From Paraspadella gotoi (lineage: Eukaryota; Animalia; Chaetognatha): DNA of 64,000 bases. Below are positions 23,065 through 37,825 of this stretch, one piece after another. The stretch is from positions 9,112,764-9,176,763 of the forward strand of contig CM119264.1 of NCBI GenBank assembly GCA_051294375.1. The letters are read 5' to 3'. A program made the translations under genes and the position numbers. The first letter of the stretch is position 1, and each line of letters starts with the position of its first letter. The notes beneath the pieces are model-generated. The model searched no databases. It had not been told where the DNA came from and saw only the letters and a list, made by a program, of their open reading frames with translations.

Positions 23065-24713
23065 TTAGATCCCGTGGCGTAATGAATTAAATCCAAGGGT
23101 TTCAAAAGGAAACGAGTAAAAGTCCAGCCCCCACCCCGCCTTTCGGTGGGAGGCGATAAATGATGGCATCCTCTGCAAAAACAAATAAACAAACAAACGA
23201 TCGGTGCCAAGACGCCAACGACGACAGCGACGACGACGAAGACGACGACGACAGTAGAGAGGACGACAGCGACGATGTTGACGTCTTTCCTGCGACGAAA
23301 ACGTTGGAAATGTCTCAATGCTCTCAACTCAATGACGCCGAAAGCAAAACGCCCTCGCACGGCGAACATGATATTGGGCGAAGATGATGGTCACGACCGC
23401 ACCTTGAGAAAACTTTATTATTTTGAATTTGTTCGTTAGTTTTTAGTGAGATTTGAAATCATCACATATTATTTGTATGTGGTTTGAGACTGATTATTCT
23501 CTTTGAATTCGTTTTTTTCTTTTCTTCTTTTCAGATCCCTTTTTGTTTTCATTTTGTAGATTTAAAGATCGTACTAAAATTCACAAAGCAGGGCAGTAAA
23601 CCGAGTGCGCGTCAAAACCTTGTTCTTTTGTCTGATCCCGCTTTTTAAATTTTATCCTCTATTCTTCGTAGAAGCAGACGAAAATTAACACTTCGACATT
23701 TTCCTTTGTTTTCCGTTGGTTTTTATCTTTTATCGTCAAACTTACTTGTCGCGAGCTTTCCGGTTATAAAAAAAAAAATTTCTAGGAAATTTAATTCAGA
23801 ACTTTGTTCAATAAGTTGAATTACTTTATCCACATTTTTTTTATCATAAATTTAATATAAAAATTCAATATTAAAAAAAAATATTTTTTAAGTTAAGCAA
23901 ATTTTCTCTATATATCTCAAAACGAATCTCAAAATATTAAAAATAAATATAAAATAAAATCTCTCTCTCTCCTAAGCCTGGAAAACAGGGCGCGGAATGG
24001 GCTGATGTTGTTTTATGACATTAATCTCGGTTGTTGCACCGAAAGAAACATTATTCTGAAATAATCGCGATTGCGAAGCGGAAAGCGAGAGATGGCCAAA
24101 TTAGATTCAGCGCTAATGCGTTTTTCCTTCTTCTCCCCCCCCATTAATGTAATGGCGCCGCTAAGTGTCATTGTTACGTTGATTGTTACAGACGGTTGGG
24201 CCGGAACAAAAAAAACGTGACACTTTGGAGTCGGCGGAAACCGGGCCGATTGAACGGGCGGGGAGAAAACTTGTTTAATTGCACTTCGAGGTTGTTCTGA
24301 ATATTTAAAATTGTCGCTTGTTTAAAATAAAAAAGAAAAAATAAATTAAAAAAGTTTCATTCCATTTTACAGATTGCTAAGAATTGCGCAAACAGAAAAT
24401 AATTTTAAAGAATAGCTCTAGTAAAAAAACATACCGCGCTAAATTTTATTTTATTACCCTTTTCTATTTTTCCTTATTTTTTTGTTCTCAATTAAATTCG
24501 TTATCATTTTCTCTCTTCCTAGTTTCCTTATCTTTTTTTTTCTTCTCTCCAGTATTACCTTTCTTTTTCTCATTCGGCCTCGCAGCGCTTCGCTTCTCTT
24601 CGTATTCATCTTCCGGTCTGAATGTTCCACCATGGCTTCTTTCAAAGAAAAAAAAAGCACGAGAGGAGAGAGGGGCGCGGAGAGATGAGAGAGACGAGAG
24701 AAGAGAATAGAGA

Positions 24714-24750
<37 letters not shown>

Positions 24751-25584
24751 CTTTTTACAAAAAACATCCTGAAAGACACGAGACGTTTGCCAAAAAAAAG
24801 CGTTTTTTGCTATCTTATAAAAAATCGATGAAAACGGAAAGACGGGCAGAAAAGAGAGAAAAAAGGAAAGAAAAAAGGAGAAAGAAAGGGGGAAAAAGGA
24901 GTAAGAAAGAGTAAGACAAAATATATAGAAAAACTTTTTTTTAAAAATGAAAAGAACCAAAAAAGTGTTTTTAAAACAAACAAGATTTTTTGAAGGCTTT
25001 CCCTTCGTATCCGATAATTTTTTTTTCAAATACAAGACACTATCGGTTTATCGGCATCACTCAACCGCAGTCAACGCAGTCAGCAGTCAATTTACAATCA
25101 GGATAAATCGGACAGACGGACAACCGAAAACCGGACAACAAAACAACCGATCTTGTTCCGAAGCTCAATAAAACAAATTGAAAGAGAGACAATCTTATTA
25201 AATGAGAAAAATACGGAGGGACCAACGACTCAGTAGGAGTGCCCTTTTCCGAAAAAAAAACCCCCAAAAACATGATGAACGAAACCATGAGAAATGATTC
25301 GGGCCTCGACACGAGCGCTTGTTATCGGGACGAGAGAAAGAAGCGGCTCAAAAAAATGGCGGGAGCCCAATTTCCCGCAGCTCCGTTATTTTTCTGTTTG
25401 TTTCATTTTTTTTTCTTCAACCCCTTTTTTTTTCTTTTCATTTCTGTCGTAATTCTTTCTCGTTTCCCTTTTTTTTTCCTTCCATTTTGCTTTTTTTCTT
25501 TTTATCTTTTTCTCGTCCTCCTCCCAAAACCGGGATTTGAATTTCAATCTCGGATTTCGACATAACTTTTCAACTCAAGGACTT

Positions 25585-25654
<70 letters not shown>

Positions 25655-27293
25655 GGCTGATTTCTTACTCTCGACTGGCACTAGCAGAGTTTTCGGTTGG
25701 ACGACGAAGATGACATAGCGTTAAGGAGAACAATGACGAAGACGGAAAGGGGAGGAAATACAATTTCGGAGACGATGTTTACAACAGGGAATTTGACGAG
25801 AGTATTTAACTTCGAAGAGAACGATTTGACGACTTACATGGAATTTAAGTCAGGAATAAAGGTCGATGGAAAAATGTTGCTTTTCCTTCCGACGACAGTT
25901 TGACTTACATTTCTGTGCAATATTGATTTCCCTTTTAATGAAAGCGCTGCGCGACAACAAGAAAAAGGAAGGAAAAATAAGATCATAAAAAACCTTTTTT
26001 TTCTACCGAACTCTCTGCTCCTATTCCTCCCAAAGTACTAAGCAGTATCCGCAATGACCGCAGATGGTAACTTAATTTGGCTACAATCGGAACAAAGACG
26101 GCGATTGATTGCCGATAAAATGGAATGGTAAGGTAATACATATTTCTGCAGAAGCAATCGAATATGTAAAACCTCATTGAATTCTGCACTTGTGAAACTT
26201 AATACATTTTCAACATATTTGTTCGTTGATTCTCGCTTTTCTTCTCTTTCCCCTCTTTTCTATCTTCTTCTTCCTCTTCTTCTCCTTGTCCTACTTTTTC
26301 CCCTCATTGTCCTCCTCATTGTCCTCCTCAACTTCCTTCTTCTCTTTCCCCTCTTTTCTATCTTCCTCTTCCTCTTCTTCTCCTTGTCCTACTTTTTCCC
26401 TTCATTGTCCTCCTCAACTTCCTTCTTCTCCTTCGTAGTAATTAAATCGAGACCAACTAGAAAAAAATTCCTCCTCTTCTTCGCATTAGCGCCTCGTTTC
26501 CTCTTTGCGCGCATTCGTTTCGCATTCGTTTCGCACGCGCAGGTTTCTTTACTTCCTTTCTTGCGGCAAAAACGATTACCCGCGTGCATTTGCGCTCATT
26601 TGCAGACTGTCGGGCTTTCCCGGCATTTGCGTCGTCGTCCTCGCCCTCATGCACTGCATGCACATTTTGTGCTTGAAGGTCATCGTGCGTTCAAGATTTT
26701 CGAGGTCGTCGCCATCGTCGTTGCGGTTTTCGTCGTCGCCATCGTCGTTGCGGTTTTCATCGTCGTTATCGTCTACAAATAAATCCGCTAACGACAGTAA
26801 CAGAGAATACAAAAAACAAAAAGAACCAAAAACAACAACTACGAATAAAATTAAAAAAAACAACATAAAACGAAAAACATTGACAGATTTACAACTTCTT
26901 CAAAAACAAAATACATATACTAGTTGATCAATCGAACTAAAATGAAAGGCGACTGAAAATTAAAGTAAACCGACAATAAAAATGAAAAAAACAAAACAGC
27001 GATCATCGAAACGACTTCAACGCAGCAGAGCAATAAAACAACAACGAAGAAAGAAACTCTGAACGACTGCGTGAGATGAGAAAGTCGTTCATTCCGACGA
27101 AAAGGTCAAAGGCATCTCGCCGCCCAAAGAAATCAACCGAAGAGAAAGAAAGAGAAACTGAGTCGAGTCGAAACTTCGCTCAACGCAAAGTACGAGTTTT
27201 AAACGAAATTTCCTGCTTTGGACGAATTGCTTGCTTTTTTTTTATTTTAAGAACCGTCATTTTTGTCTATTTAAAAAATATTTAAATATGAAT

Positions 27294-27919
27294 GTATACT
27301 AAGGCGTAGTGAAAGTTATATACGAAAATTCTAAAAAGTCAATTATGAACAACTACCATCAGTGAACATTAATTTGTAAAAAAAATTAATTTTATGTTTT
27401 TTAATTTTCGCAGTAGGCTATATTTTATATATAGTACTATCCTTATAAATCGAAAAATTTAAAATAGGCTTTTCTTAATTTGGATTGCAGATTTGAAATT
27501 TCTCGTCAAAAGTTGATAAAAGAAAATATAATCAATTTTTAAAAATTCTTTCATTATTGGGTTAAAAATTAAAAAACTAATTTAATATATAAAAGGTTAA
27601 TTTTCCAGCTTAAAATATAGCTTTTTCTAATTTTTTGACCCACTTAATGAAGGAATTTTTCAAAAAGAGTTATATTTCTTTTTATCAACTTTTTTATGAC
27701 GAATCCCAAATCTGCAAAAAATCTTAGAAAAAAACTGTTTTTAAATTTAACATTTATTGGCTTAGTACTAGTATAAATATGGCCTACTGCGTAAATTGAA
27801 AAATTTATTATAAATGTTTTTTATTACATAAATGTTCATAGTATAATGTTGTTCATTCATCACTTTTAGAATTTTAATTAAAGTTAAATTTAGAAATTTT
27901 ACTACGCCTTAATGTATAC
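27294..27919. mobile_element. Foldback/MITE-like element made of ~300-bp imperfect inverted arms
   Basis: taaggcgtagt/actacgcctta, aattctaaaaagt/acttttagaatt, cgcagtaggc/gcctactgcg, tgcagatttg/caaatctgca and gttgataaaa/ttttatcaac pair symmetrically about ~27600. Confidence 0.7.
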
Positions 27920-28065
27920 TTTTCGTTTTCGGCTCTAAATTTCCCACCTCCTTTGGTGACCATGAAGTGGGAATTATATGAACGTTGCAGCCTCGACGGT
28001 TGAGAGGAAGATAGAGATAGAGATGAAAAGAAAACTTGTTTTTCATCTCTTTCAAGTGCCTTCTC

Positions 28066-28121
<56 letters not shown>

Positions 28122-28887
28122 AATCAGAATGCAAATTGTTGTCGTTCTCCACAGCCAGTATTTTTTTTTTAAATTTAGCTTTTTTTTACAGATTCTTTCT
28201 TTTCTTTGAAAAGAAAAAAAAAGAAAAGTCGCATCTGCGAGTCGCTATTTTTTTACGAAAGAAAACGAGAATCCGCGCAAAGTCTATCTTCGACTTCGAT
28301 GTCGACTTTTTTAACGAGCTCTCTCTTTTCTCTCTCTTTTCTCTCTCCTATCTTTTTTCTGTCTTCTCTGTATTTTTTTTTCATCATTGCTATCATTTCT
28401 TCATCCCCTAGTTTTTCGTTCTTTTCTAAATTGCTCTCTTTTCTTTCTTCTCTTTTTTCTCTTTTTCCTCTCACTCTTTATTTTATCAATGCTGTTACTT
28501 TTTAATCATTTTTCTGTCTAATCCTTTGTCAATTCTCTTTTTTCTTTGTTCTCTCTCTTTTTTTTTATCTTTTTTTTTTATCTTTGCTCCCTTTTCTTCG
28601 TCCTATCTTTTTCTGGCTTCAAGAGGTTTCTCCATTTTGTTCCTTTCTTCTCTCTTGTCCCGTTTATTTATTTTACTTAACCATTAATATTCTTTTTATT
28701 TATCCTCTCTCCTTCCTACAACATTTCATCGTTGTTCTTATTTTTTGTATATATATATATGTGTATATATTTATTAATTTGAACAAATAGTATAATTGAA
28801 TAAATGTTTTCTTGTTTTTTGAATATTTCTTTAACTGTTTTCTTACTTTTCTTTGTATTTTTTGTTCTGTCATTGGAGTCTGATTCT

Positions 28888-28921
<34 letters not shown>

Positions 28922-29006
28922 TCTGTCTTCTGTCTTCCTATTCTTTTTTCTTGTTCTTCTCCATTTCCCTTTTTTCGTTTTTATGTGACACTTTTCGACT
29001 TTCCTA

Positions 29007-29096
<90 letters not shown>

Positions 29097-31294
29097 TCCT
29101 CTTTCACTCCTTCTCCCTTCCCCTCTTCCCATCCCGTCCCCCACGTATTCTGTCACAAACCGAAATGTTTCTTGAAGAGAAGGAAATTAAAGCGGAAGGC
29201 GAACCGGAGTCTTCGATGGACGCGGGAAATGTGAAACTTGTTTTTATGGGTGAGGATTCTGGCGGCGGGGCCTCTCACTTTCATCGCCTTTAAACTCTCC
29301 CCAGAATTCTTGGGGGGGGGGAATCGCATTGTGCATTCCCTCCTATTTGAATGTATGGATTTACTATAGATATTGATATATTTTCTAGAGTAAACGAAAG
29401 GAGGAAACACAACATTTGTCCCAATAATCTGGTAGACTTCCAAAGTGCGAACAAGTTTGAAAACGAACAATACTTTTCTCCCTGCCAAACTCATCGCAAC
29501 AATCTCCTTCGAAGGGGACGGACATGATAAGTAAAATAAGTAAATACAAAATAAACACAACTCACATTTTATTATAGTTAATGACCTCACAGGCCCACCC
29601 GCCACTCATGATATCTAAGTCATAAAAGGTTTTTTTTCTATGAATTGGGAGAAGCAAAATACATGAGCATCATCGTCATCGTCGTCGTCATCGTCGTTTT
29701 CGTCGTCCCGTGGGAATGCGGGTGCCAAACAAACGAAATTCGAGTTCTGAGCTTTGATCCGCGAACTGTCAACATGTTTCACGAACTTTCACGGCACCGT
29801 GACACGTCAGCGACTGAAAGCCTCACCAGTGAGGATTCACCGGAAACATGCCCAAACTTATGCTTCCAGAACAACGGGATCACTCATTTCAAATTATAAT
29901 TAGGCTAAAGCCAAGCTCGGAATTTTCGAAAGTGAGAAGCTCCTGACGATTCCGAAAATGTATTCACTTTACTTTTTTTTCAAGAGGCGTCATCGTTTTT
30001 TTGATTTTTTTTGTATCTATATAAAATAAAAGAAACTATTTGAAGAGTTGCAGCCCAAACGGTAAGGCGGTTTCTCATTAATTTGGCATGAATTACCTTT
30101 AGGTCACGAACGTCCCAATTCTATGAAAAGATACTTTCAAAAATTTGCCTTCCTTCATATAAAATTTGATTATTTTAATCAATTTTTGGGATTAATTCCT
30201 TTGAATTCGAAAAAACATTTTTTCCAAAACGCGCTCATAGAAATCTCCCACACCTTTCTTTCTTGCCCAAGATATTTTTTTTCTTCAAGAAGGAGTCCAA
30301 GCGGTTTGAGCTGCAACTCTTCGTTTTTAACTTCACTTCGTCAAAGAAAGTTAAATTCTGTACACTCATTAAATTCATATAAACATTTACATAACAGTAA
30401 AAAGTCAAATTGAAATAAATTCGATAAGTTTTTAAAACTCATAAAACTCATAAAAGTATAAAAACCCGTCTGGAAAATGTGTAGAGTAGTTTATTTTAGA
30501 CTTATTAGTGATACAACTCCAAGTATGGTACTTGTTCCCAAAGGAAGAATTTAAATATATAAGAAGTAGAAATTGAGCTTACAGTAAAGAATTCAGAGTT
30601 TAAGTTAAAAATTTAGTTGTTAAGAAATTTTAGCTTACATATAAAAAATTAATTTTTCTCTTGAAAATCTAAGTTTACCAATAAGAAATATTTTGTTTAA
30701 ATTTTGAACATTTTATGTAGATTTTTAAATGTTTTCGATATTATTTTTCAATAGAAAACGCTCTTACAAGATATGAGAAAATGATTAAGATACAGTAAAA
30801 TTAAGATCTAATCTACATTTTAGGTTGAGTGAGTCCCTGGCCTTAACGAAAGAAAAATTAGATAATGAACTATAAAGATTTAATTAAATATTTTTTTTTT
30901 TTAAATTATGCTCAACATCTTGGAGACGTTTGTGACTGGGCGTATGAGTGCACAACGAGATTGAAGAAATTAAAAAGTTTCTACTTGTGAGTTTACTTTT
31001 GGATTTATCTTTAAAAAAATTAAATCTGGTTTTTTTTTTCTCTCAAATTTTTTTAGGTATATGTACTATTTTCTTTAATAAAGGCTATAACAGCTGCTTA
31101 GATTACACGTCTTATGGCACTGGCACCGCTCTAACTGTTTCTCTCTCCAAGTCCCGCGCGCCCATTTTTCGAAACGTGCAACTCGAAGAATTTAACACTT
31201 GAGTATTTTATCAGCCGCCCCACCCTGTTGTNNNNNNNNNNNNNNNNNNNNNNNNNAGAGAGGAGATGCATGCATTAGAGAGTACTCTACATAT

Positions 31295-34163
31295 CTCATT
31301 CTTCCTTTCTTTCGTTTCCCCTCTTTTCTATCTTCCTCTTTTTCCTCTTGCTTCTCCTTGTCATGTTATGTAATCTTTTTGCCTTCATTGTCCTCCTCAA
31401 CATCCTTCTTTCTCTTCGTAGAATAAAACGTAGTAATTAAATCGAAGACCAACTAGAAAAAAAATTCTCTCTTCTTGCGCATTTGCGCCTCGTTTCCGTC
31501 ATTATCTTTGGCGGCGCAATATATCGTTTCGCATTCGTTCGCACGCCGCTAGGTTTCTTTTACTCTTTCTTGCGGCTTTGGGCGGGCAAAAAAACGATTA
31601 CCGACGTGCATTGCTCGCTCTCATTTGGCAAGACGTCGGCTTTCCCGGCCATTTGGCGTCGTCGTCCTCCCCAGAACGCGCTCATTGGTTTCGCACTTTT
31701 GCATAGCACATTTTGTGCTTAGTAAGATCAGCGTCATACGTGCGTTCCAGATTTCGACGAAAGGATCGTTAACCGCCATCCTGCGTTGCGGTTGTTCCGC
31801 TGTCGTCGCCATCGTCGTTGGCGGTTTTCATATCGTCGTTAATTCTGTCTACAAATAAATCCGTTGCCTATGGCACACATAGTAAACAGAAGATACAAAA
31901 CAAGAACCAAAAACACAACATAACGCGAATAAAAATTAAAAAAAACAACAATCAAAAACGAAAAACAAATTGACAGATATTACAACTTCTTACCACAAAA
32001 CCAAAATCATATACTGCCGAGTGCGCTTGATCTATAACCTTCGATCGATCTAAAATGGTGAATTCTGTTAATCGGAGGACAGACGGGGCGCGTGGTTTTG
32101 TATTTTTTCTAGCACTGTCTAGCGTCTGCGTTTATTAATGTAAGGGCTTTCGACGCCAATCTGTTTTTTTCCTTCGAGTTCTTCCTTGATAATGAAAATT
32201 AAGTAAAAGGGCCAGAGGCTTTATCCGAAGTCGTTTCACCGGAAAAAAACGCGTTGTTTGATGAATCTCTTCGGCAGAATAAACTTAACGCTGACCTGGA
32301 TGAAGGCTAATTTAAAAACCCTAAGCCTGAATAGACCGATCAAGATAATAATCCATTCTCAGTATGGAAAACCAGCCGCGATAATCCGAAAGTCTTCACA
32401 GGGCAGAGCAAAGAGCAATAAAACAACACGAAGGAAAGAAACCTCTCCTGAACTGACTTGCGTGAAGATGAGAGAGAAGATCGTTCATTGAAGCCGCTAT
32501 AATCCGAACGAAAAATGGATCAAGATAGCCCATCTTATATCGGTCGCTGCCCCAAAGAACAAGAAAATAAACCGAAGAGAAAGAAACAGCTTACGCTGAG
32601 AATACTGAAGTAGATAAGTCGAGAAACTTCCGCTCAAGCGCGCCAGACGCAAAGTACGCAGTGATAAGTGAGTTTAAGGAAAACGAAATGGTGCTTGACC
32701 GAGTTGGCTTTGGTGAAACGAATTTGCTTGTGCATTTTTCTTCTTTAATTTTATAGCGAGAACCGCGCTTCGACCGGAATGATTTCTTGGTGTTATTTAA
32801 AAATACTGTTAAATTGATGTATCTAGCTATGTAATAGTTATATCCGAAATTCTAAAAGTCAATTATGAACAACATACCTATCAGTGAAGCATTAATTTGT
32901 AAAAAAAATTAATTTTATGTTTTTTAAATTTTCGGCAGTAGGCTATATTTAATATATAAGTACTATCTTATAAACCCAAAATCCAAATATTTTAAATAAA
33001 GGGCCTTTATAGTCTCTCATTCTTTGAATAGCAGATTTGCGAATTCCTCGTGAACAAACTTTAGTTGATAAAAAGAAAACACATATAAATCGCATATGAT
33101 TGTTTAAAAATTCTTTCATTCACCATTTTGGGTTATAAAAAATTAAAAAAAATCTATATTTAATATAGCTAAAAAAGAGCTTATATGTATTAGATCGATA
33201 GCTTAAAAATATAGCCTTTGGTTTCTAATTTTTGGACCGGCACTTAGAATGAAGGAATTTGTTCCAAAAAGAGTTATATTTCTTTTTAAAACAACCTTTT
33301 TTATGACGAAGTCCAAATCTGCATAAAAAATCTTAAGAAAAAAGCTGTTTTGAAATTTTTAGCCACATTGTATTGTGATTGGTTTATAGGTACTTAGTCA
33401 CTAAATATGGCTACTGAGCGTAAGTTTTAGAAGATCGAAAAAATTATTTAATTACTAAATTTGGTGTAATAAGACAGTAATGTTCATAGTTAGTATAATG
33501 TGTTCTTTACGATTGATTGATTTCACTGTATTTAGAATTTTTTTTAAGTAAATTAGAGTTAAATTTAGTGAAAAATTTTAATTGATTATATCTAGAGCTT
33601 TAATGGGAAATACTTTTCGTTTTTCGGTCTCTAAATTTCTCCATTCCTTTGGTGACCATGATTTGAATGAAGTGGGAATTAAATATTGATTGAACCTGGA
33701 TGTGCAATGCCTTCGACGGTTTTGAGATGGAAATGATGGATAGTATGATAGAAGATGAAAGAAACGTTGTTTTTCTATCTGCTTTGCAAGTGCCGTTTTA
33801 TCTCTTTCTTTCAATCTCGTTTACTTTACTCATCTGACTCTCTCATGCCTCTCTCTCCGCTTAAGACCAGCGCTCTTCGCATTTTTCTCTCTAAGGCAAT
33901 CAGCCGCATCCCCTCCCAGAAAAGCGGACACGCAATTGCAAGGAACGACTCGTCTTGATGACGATTTGGCGGCAGACGACAATTAGACTGACTGTCGCCG
34001 AGCGATCCCAGGCGTCAGCGCCAGCCAGGGCGCCGAACGTCTCTCGTTTGCGCAGAGAAGCCCACCGCTCTACGGCATCCCAGAAGGTCTATCTCTCATA
34101 TCGTCGAGTCCTCATCTCTTCTTCGGTTGCCTACTTCCCCATCGTCATCTCCCGTAGTCTATC

Positions 34164-34200
<37 letters not shown>

Positions 34201-34977
34201 CTCTCAAAATCAGAATGCAAATTGTTGTCGTTCTCCACAGCCAGTATTTTTTTTTTTAAAATTTAGCTTTTTTTTACAGATTCTTTCTTTCTTTGAAAAG
34301 AAAAAAAAGAAAAGTCGCATTCTGCGAGTCGTATTTTTTTACGAAAGAAAAACGAGAATCCGCGCAAAAGTCTATCTTCGACTTCGATGTCCGACTTTTT
34401 TAACGAGCTCTCTCTTTTCTCTCTCCTATCTTTTTTCTGTCTTCTCTCTGTGATTTTTTTTTCATCATTGCTATCATTTCTTCATACCCTAGTTTTTTCG
34501 TTCTTTTCTAAATTGCTCGTCTTTTCTTTCTTCTCTTTTTTCTCTTTTTCCTCTCACTCTTTATTTTATCAATGCTGTTACTTTTTAATCATTTTTTGGT
34601 CTAATCCTTTGTCAATTCTCTTTTTCTTTGTTCTCTCTCTTTCTTTTTTTTAAATCTTTTTTTTTTATCTTTGCTCCCTTTTCTTCGTCCTAATCTTTTT
34701 GGCTTCAGAGGTTTCTCCATTTTGTTCTTTATTCTCTCTTGTCCCGTTTATTTATTTTACTTAACCATTAATATTCTTTTTATTTATCGCTCTCTCCTTC
34801 CTACAAACATTTCATCGTTGTTCTTATTTTTTGTATTATATATATGTGTTATATAATTTATTAATTTGAACAAATAGTATAATTGAATAAATGTTTTCTT
34901 GTTTTTTGAATATTTCTTTAACTGTTTTCTTAACTTTTCTTTGTCATTTTTTGTTTCTGTCATTGGAGTCTGATTCT

Positions 34978-35010
<33 letters not shown>

Positions 35011-37265
35011 TCTGTCTTCTGTCTTCCTTCTTTTTTCTTGTTTCTCCATTTCCCTTTTTTTTCGTTATTAATGTGACACTTTTGACTTTCCTACTCTCTC
35101 TCTCTCTCTTTCCTCTCTCTCATCTCTCTTTCATTTCTCTCTTCTTTCTCTGCTCTCTCTCTCTCTCTCATTCTCTCTTACAATTCCTCTTTCACTCCTT
35201 CTCCCTTCCTCTTCCCATCCCGTCCCCCACGTATTCTGTCACAAAACGAAATGTTTCTTGAAGAGAAAGGAAATTAAAGGCGGAAGGCGAACCGGAGTCT
35301 TCGATGGACGCGGGAAATGTGAAACTTGTTTTTATGGTGAGGATTCTGGCGGCGGGGCCTCTCACTGTTCATCGCCTTTAAACTCTCCCCAGAATTCTTG
35401 GGGGGGGGGAATGCGCATTGTGCATTCCCTCCTATTTGAATGTATGGATTTACTATAGATATTGATAATATTTTCTAGAGTAAACGAAAGGAGGAAAACA
35501 ACATTTGTCCCAATAATCTGGTAGACTTCCAAAGTGTCGAACAAGTTTTGAAAACGAACAATACTTTTCTCCCTGCCTAACTCATCGGCAAACAATCTCC
35601 TTCGAAGGGGACGGACATGAATAAGTAAAATAAGTAATACAAAATAACACATCACTTTTATTATAGTTAATAGACCTCACAGGCCCACCCGCCACTCATG
35701 AATATCTAAGTCATAAAAGGTTTTTTTTCTATGAATTGGGAGAAGCAAAATACATGAGCATCATCGTCATCGTCGTCGTCATCGTCGTTTTCGTCGTCCC
35801 GTGGGAATGCGGGTGCCAAACAAAGGAAATTCGAGTTCTAAGCTTTGATCCGCGAACTGTCCAACATGTTTCACCGAACTTTCACGGCACCGTGACACGT
35901 CAGACTGAAGCCTGACCAGTGAGGATTCACCGGAAACATCCCCAAACTTATCTTCCAGAAGCAACGGGATCACTCAATTCAAATTATATAATTAGGCTAA
36001 AGCCAAGCTCGGATTTCGAAAGGAGAAGCTCCTGACGATTCCGAAAATGTATTCACTTTACTATTTTTTTCAAAAGGCGTCATCGTTTTTTTGATTTTTT
36101 TTGTAGCTATTAAAATAAAAGAAACCTAATTTGAAGAGTTGCAGCCCAAACGGTAAGGCGGTTTCTCATTAAATTTGGCATGAATTACCTTTAGGTCACG
36201 AACGTCCAATTCTATGAAAGAAGTTACTTTCAAAAATTTGCCTTCCTTCATATAAAATTTGATTATTTTAATCAATTTTTGGGATTAATTCCTTGAATTC
36301 TTTGAAACGAAAAAACATTTTTTCCAAAACGCGCTCATAGAAATCTCCAACACCTTTCTTTCTTGCCCAAGATATTTTTTTTCTTCAAGAAGAGTCCAAG
36401 CGGTTTGAGCTGCAACTCTTTCGTTTTTAACTTCACTTCGTCAAGAAAGTTAAATTCTGTACTCATTAATTCAATAAACATTTACATAAAGTAAAAAGTC
36501 AAATTGAAATAAAGAGTTTTTTTCGATAGTTTAACTCATAAAACTCATAAAAAAAGTATAAAAAGAGTCTGGAAAATGTGTAGAGTAGTTTATTTTAGAC
36601 TTATTTAGTGATACAACTCCAAGTATTGTACTTGTTCCATCAAAGGAAGAATTAAAAAATTATAAGAAGTAGAAATTGAGCTTACAGTAAAGAAATCAAG
36701 TTTAAGTTAAAAATTTAGTTGTAAGAAATTTTAGCTTACATATAAAAAATTAATTTTTCTCTTGAAAATCTAAGTTTACCTAAGAAATATTTTGTTTAAA
36801 TTTTATGAACATTTTATGTAGATTTTTAAATGTTTTCGATTATTTTTCAATAGAAAACGCTCTTACAAGATATGAGAAAATGATTAAGATACAGTAAATT
36901 AAGATCTCTACAATTTTAGGTTGAGTGATCCCTGGCCTTAACGAAAGAAAAATTAGATAATGAACTATAAAGATTTAATTAAATATTTTTTTTTTAAATT
37001 ATGCTCAACTTTGGAGACGTTTGTGACTGGCGTATGCAACGAGTTGAAGAATTAAAAAGTTTCTACTTGTGAGTTTACTTTTGGATTTATCTTTAAAAAA
37101 AATTAAATCTGGTTTTTTTTCTCAAACTTTTTTTAGGTTATGTACTATTTTCTTTAATAAAGGCTAAACAGCTGCTTAGATTACACGTGCTATGCACGCA
37201 CCTCAACGTTCTCTCCAAGTCCGCGCGCCCATTTTTCGAACGTGCAACTCGAAGATTTATGAGTA
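31295..37265 (+). repeat. Indel-rich tandem duplicate of ~26330-31210 (probable assembly artefact)
   Basis: Colinear copy starting just after the 25-N gap at 31232-31256; differences are mostly single-base insertions. Confidence 0.85.
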
Positions 37266-37759
37266 TTTATCCCCTTTATCCCTCGAGAGATAAGAGAGAG
37301 AGAGCGAGATATAGCGACGATGAGATCGAGACGAGAGAGACGAGTGTAGATGGATGAGACGAGGAGGAGACAGAGGAGATTATGAGAGCACGCGAGATGA
37401 TGATCCATGAGAGAGAGACGGGATAACGAAAAATCGGTTTAAACGCAGTACGATAACTGCAAGGGAGCTAAGCTCTCTCTCGGTTAATTGCATCACCGAA
37501 TTCTGCAGCGTCGCGGAGCGCTCCCCCTTTTTCTTTCTCCCACACTGGACTGCCAATAACCAAAATAGAGACAAACGCGATCTTGATGTTCAACGGCCCC
37601 TCGAGCCATGTTTTTGCGGGTCGTTTTCGTTAAAAATTATAAATAACTTATAAATATAACTTTATAAGTTATAAGTTATAAGTTTTTTTTTCGTTTTCTA
37701 GTATTCGGTTCTCAAATAGATTGTGTTATTTTTTTTCATAACTTTGCTCGTTCTATTTT

Positions 37760-37825
37760 TAACGTACCGACCGACGAACCGACCGAAAAGTGACTTATCG
37801 AGTACTCGCGGAGCAACTAAAAATA
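37760..37825 (-). mobile_element. Truncated family-A HINE-like 5' end (duplicated at ~46580-46645)
   Basis: Reverse complement reads tagttgctccgcgagtactcgataagtcacttttcggtcggttcgtcggtcgg. Confidence 0.55.

Noticed and set aside
29915-29975. ctgacga-ttcc-gaaa resembling a minimal hammerhead ribozyme core
   Set aside because: I could not build convincing stems I and III with an NUH site in any permutation.
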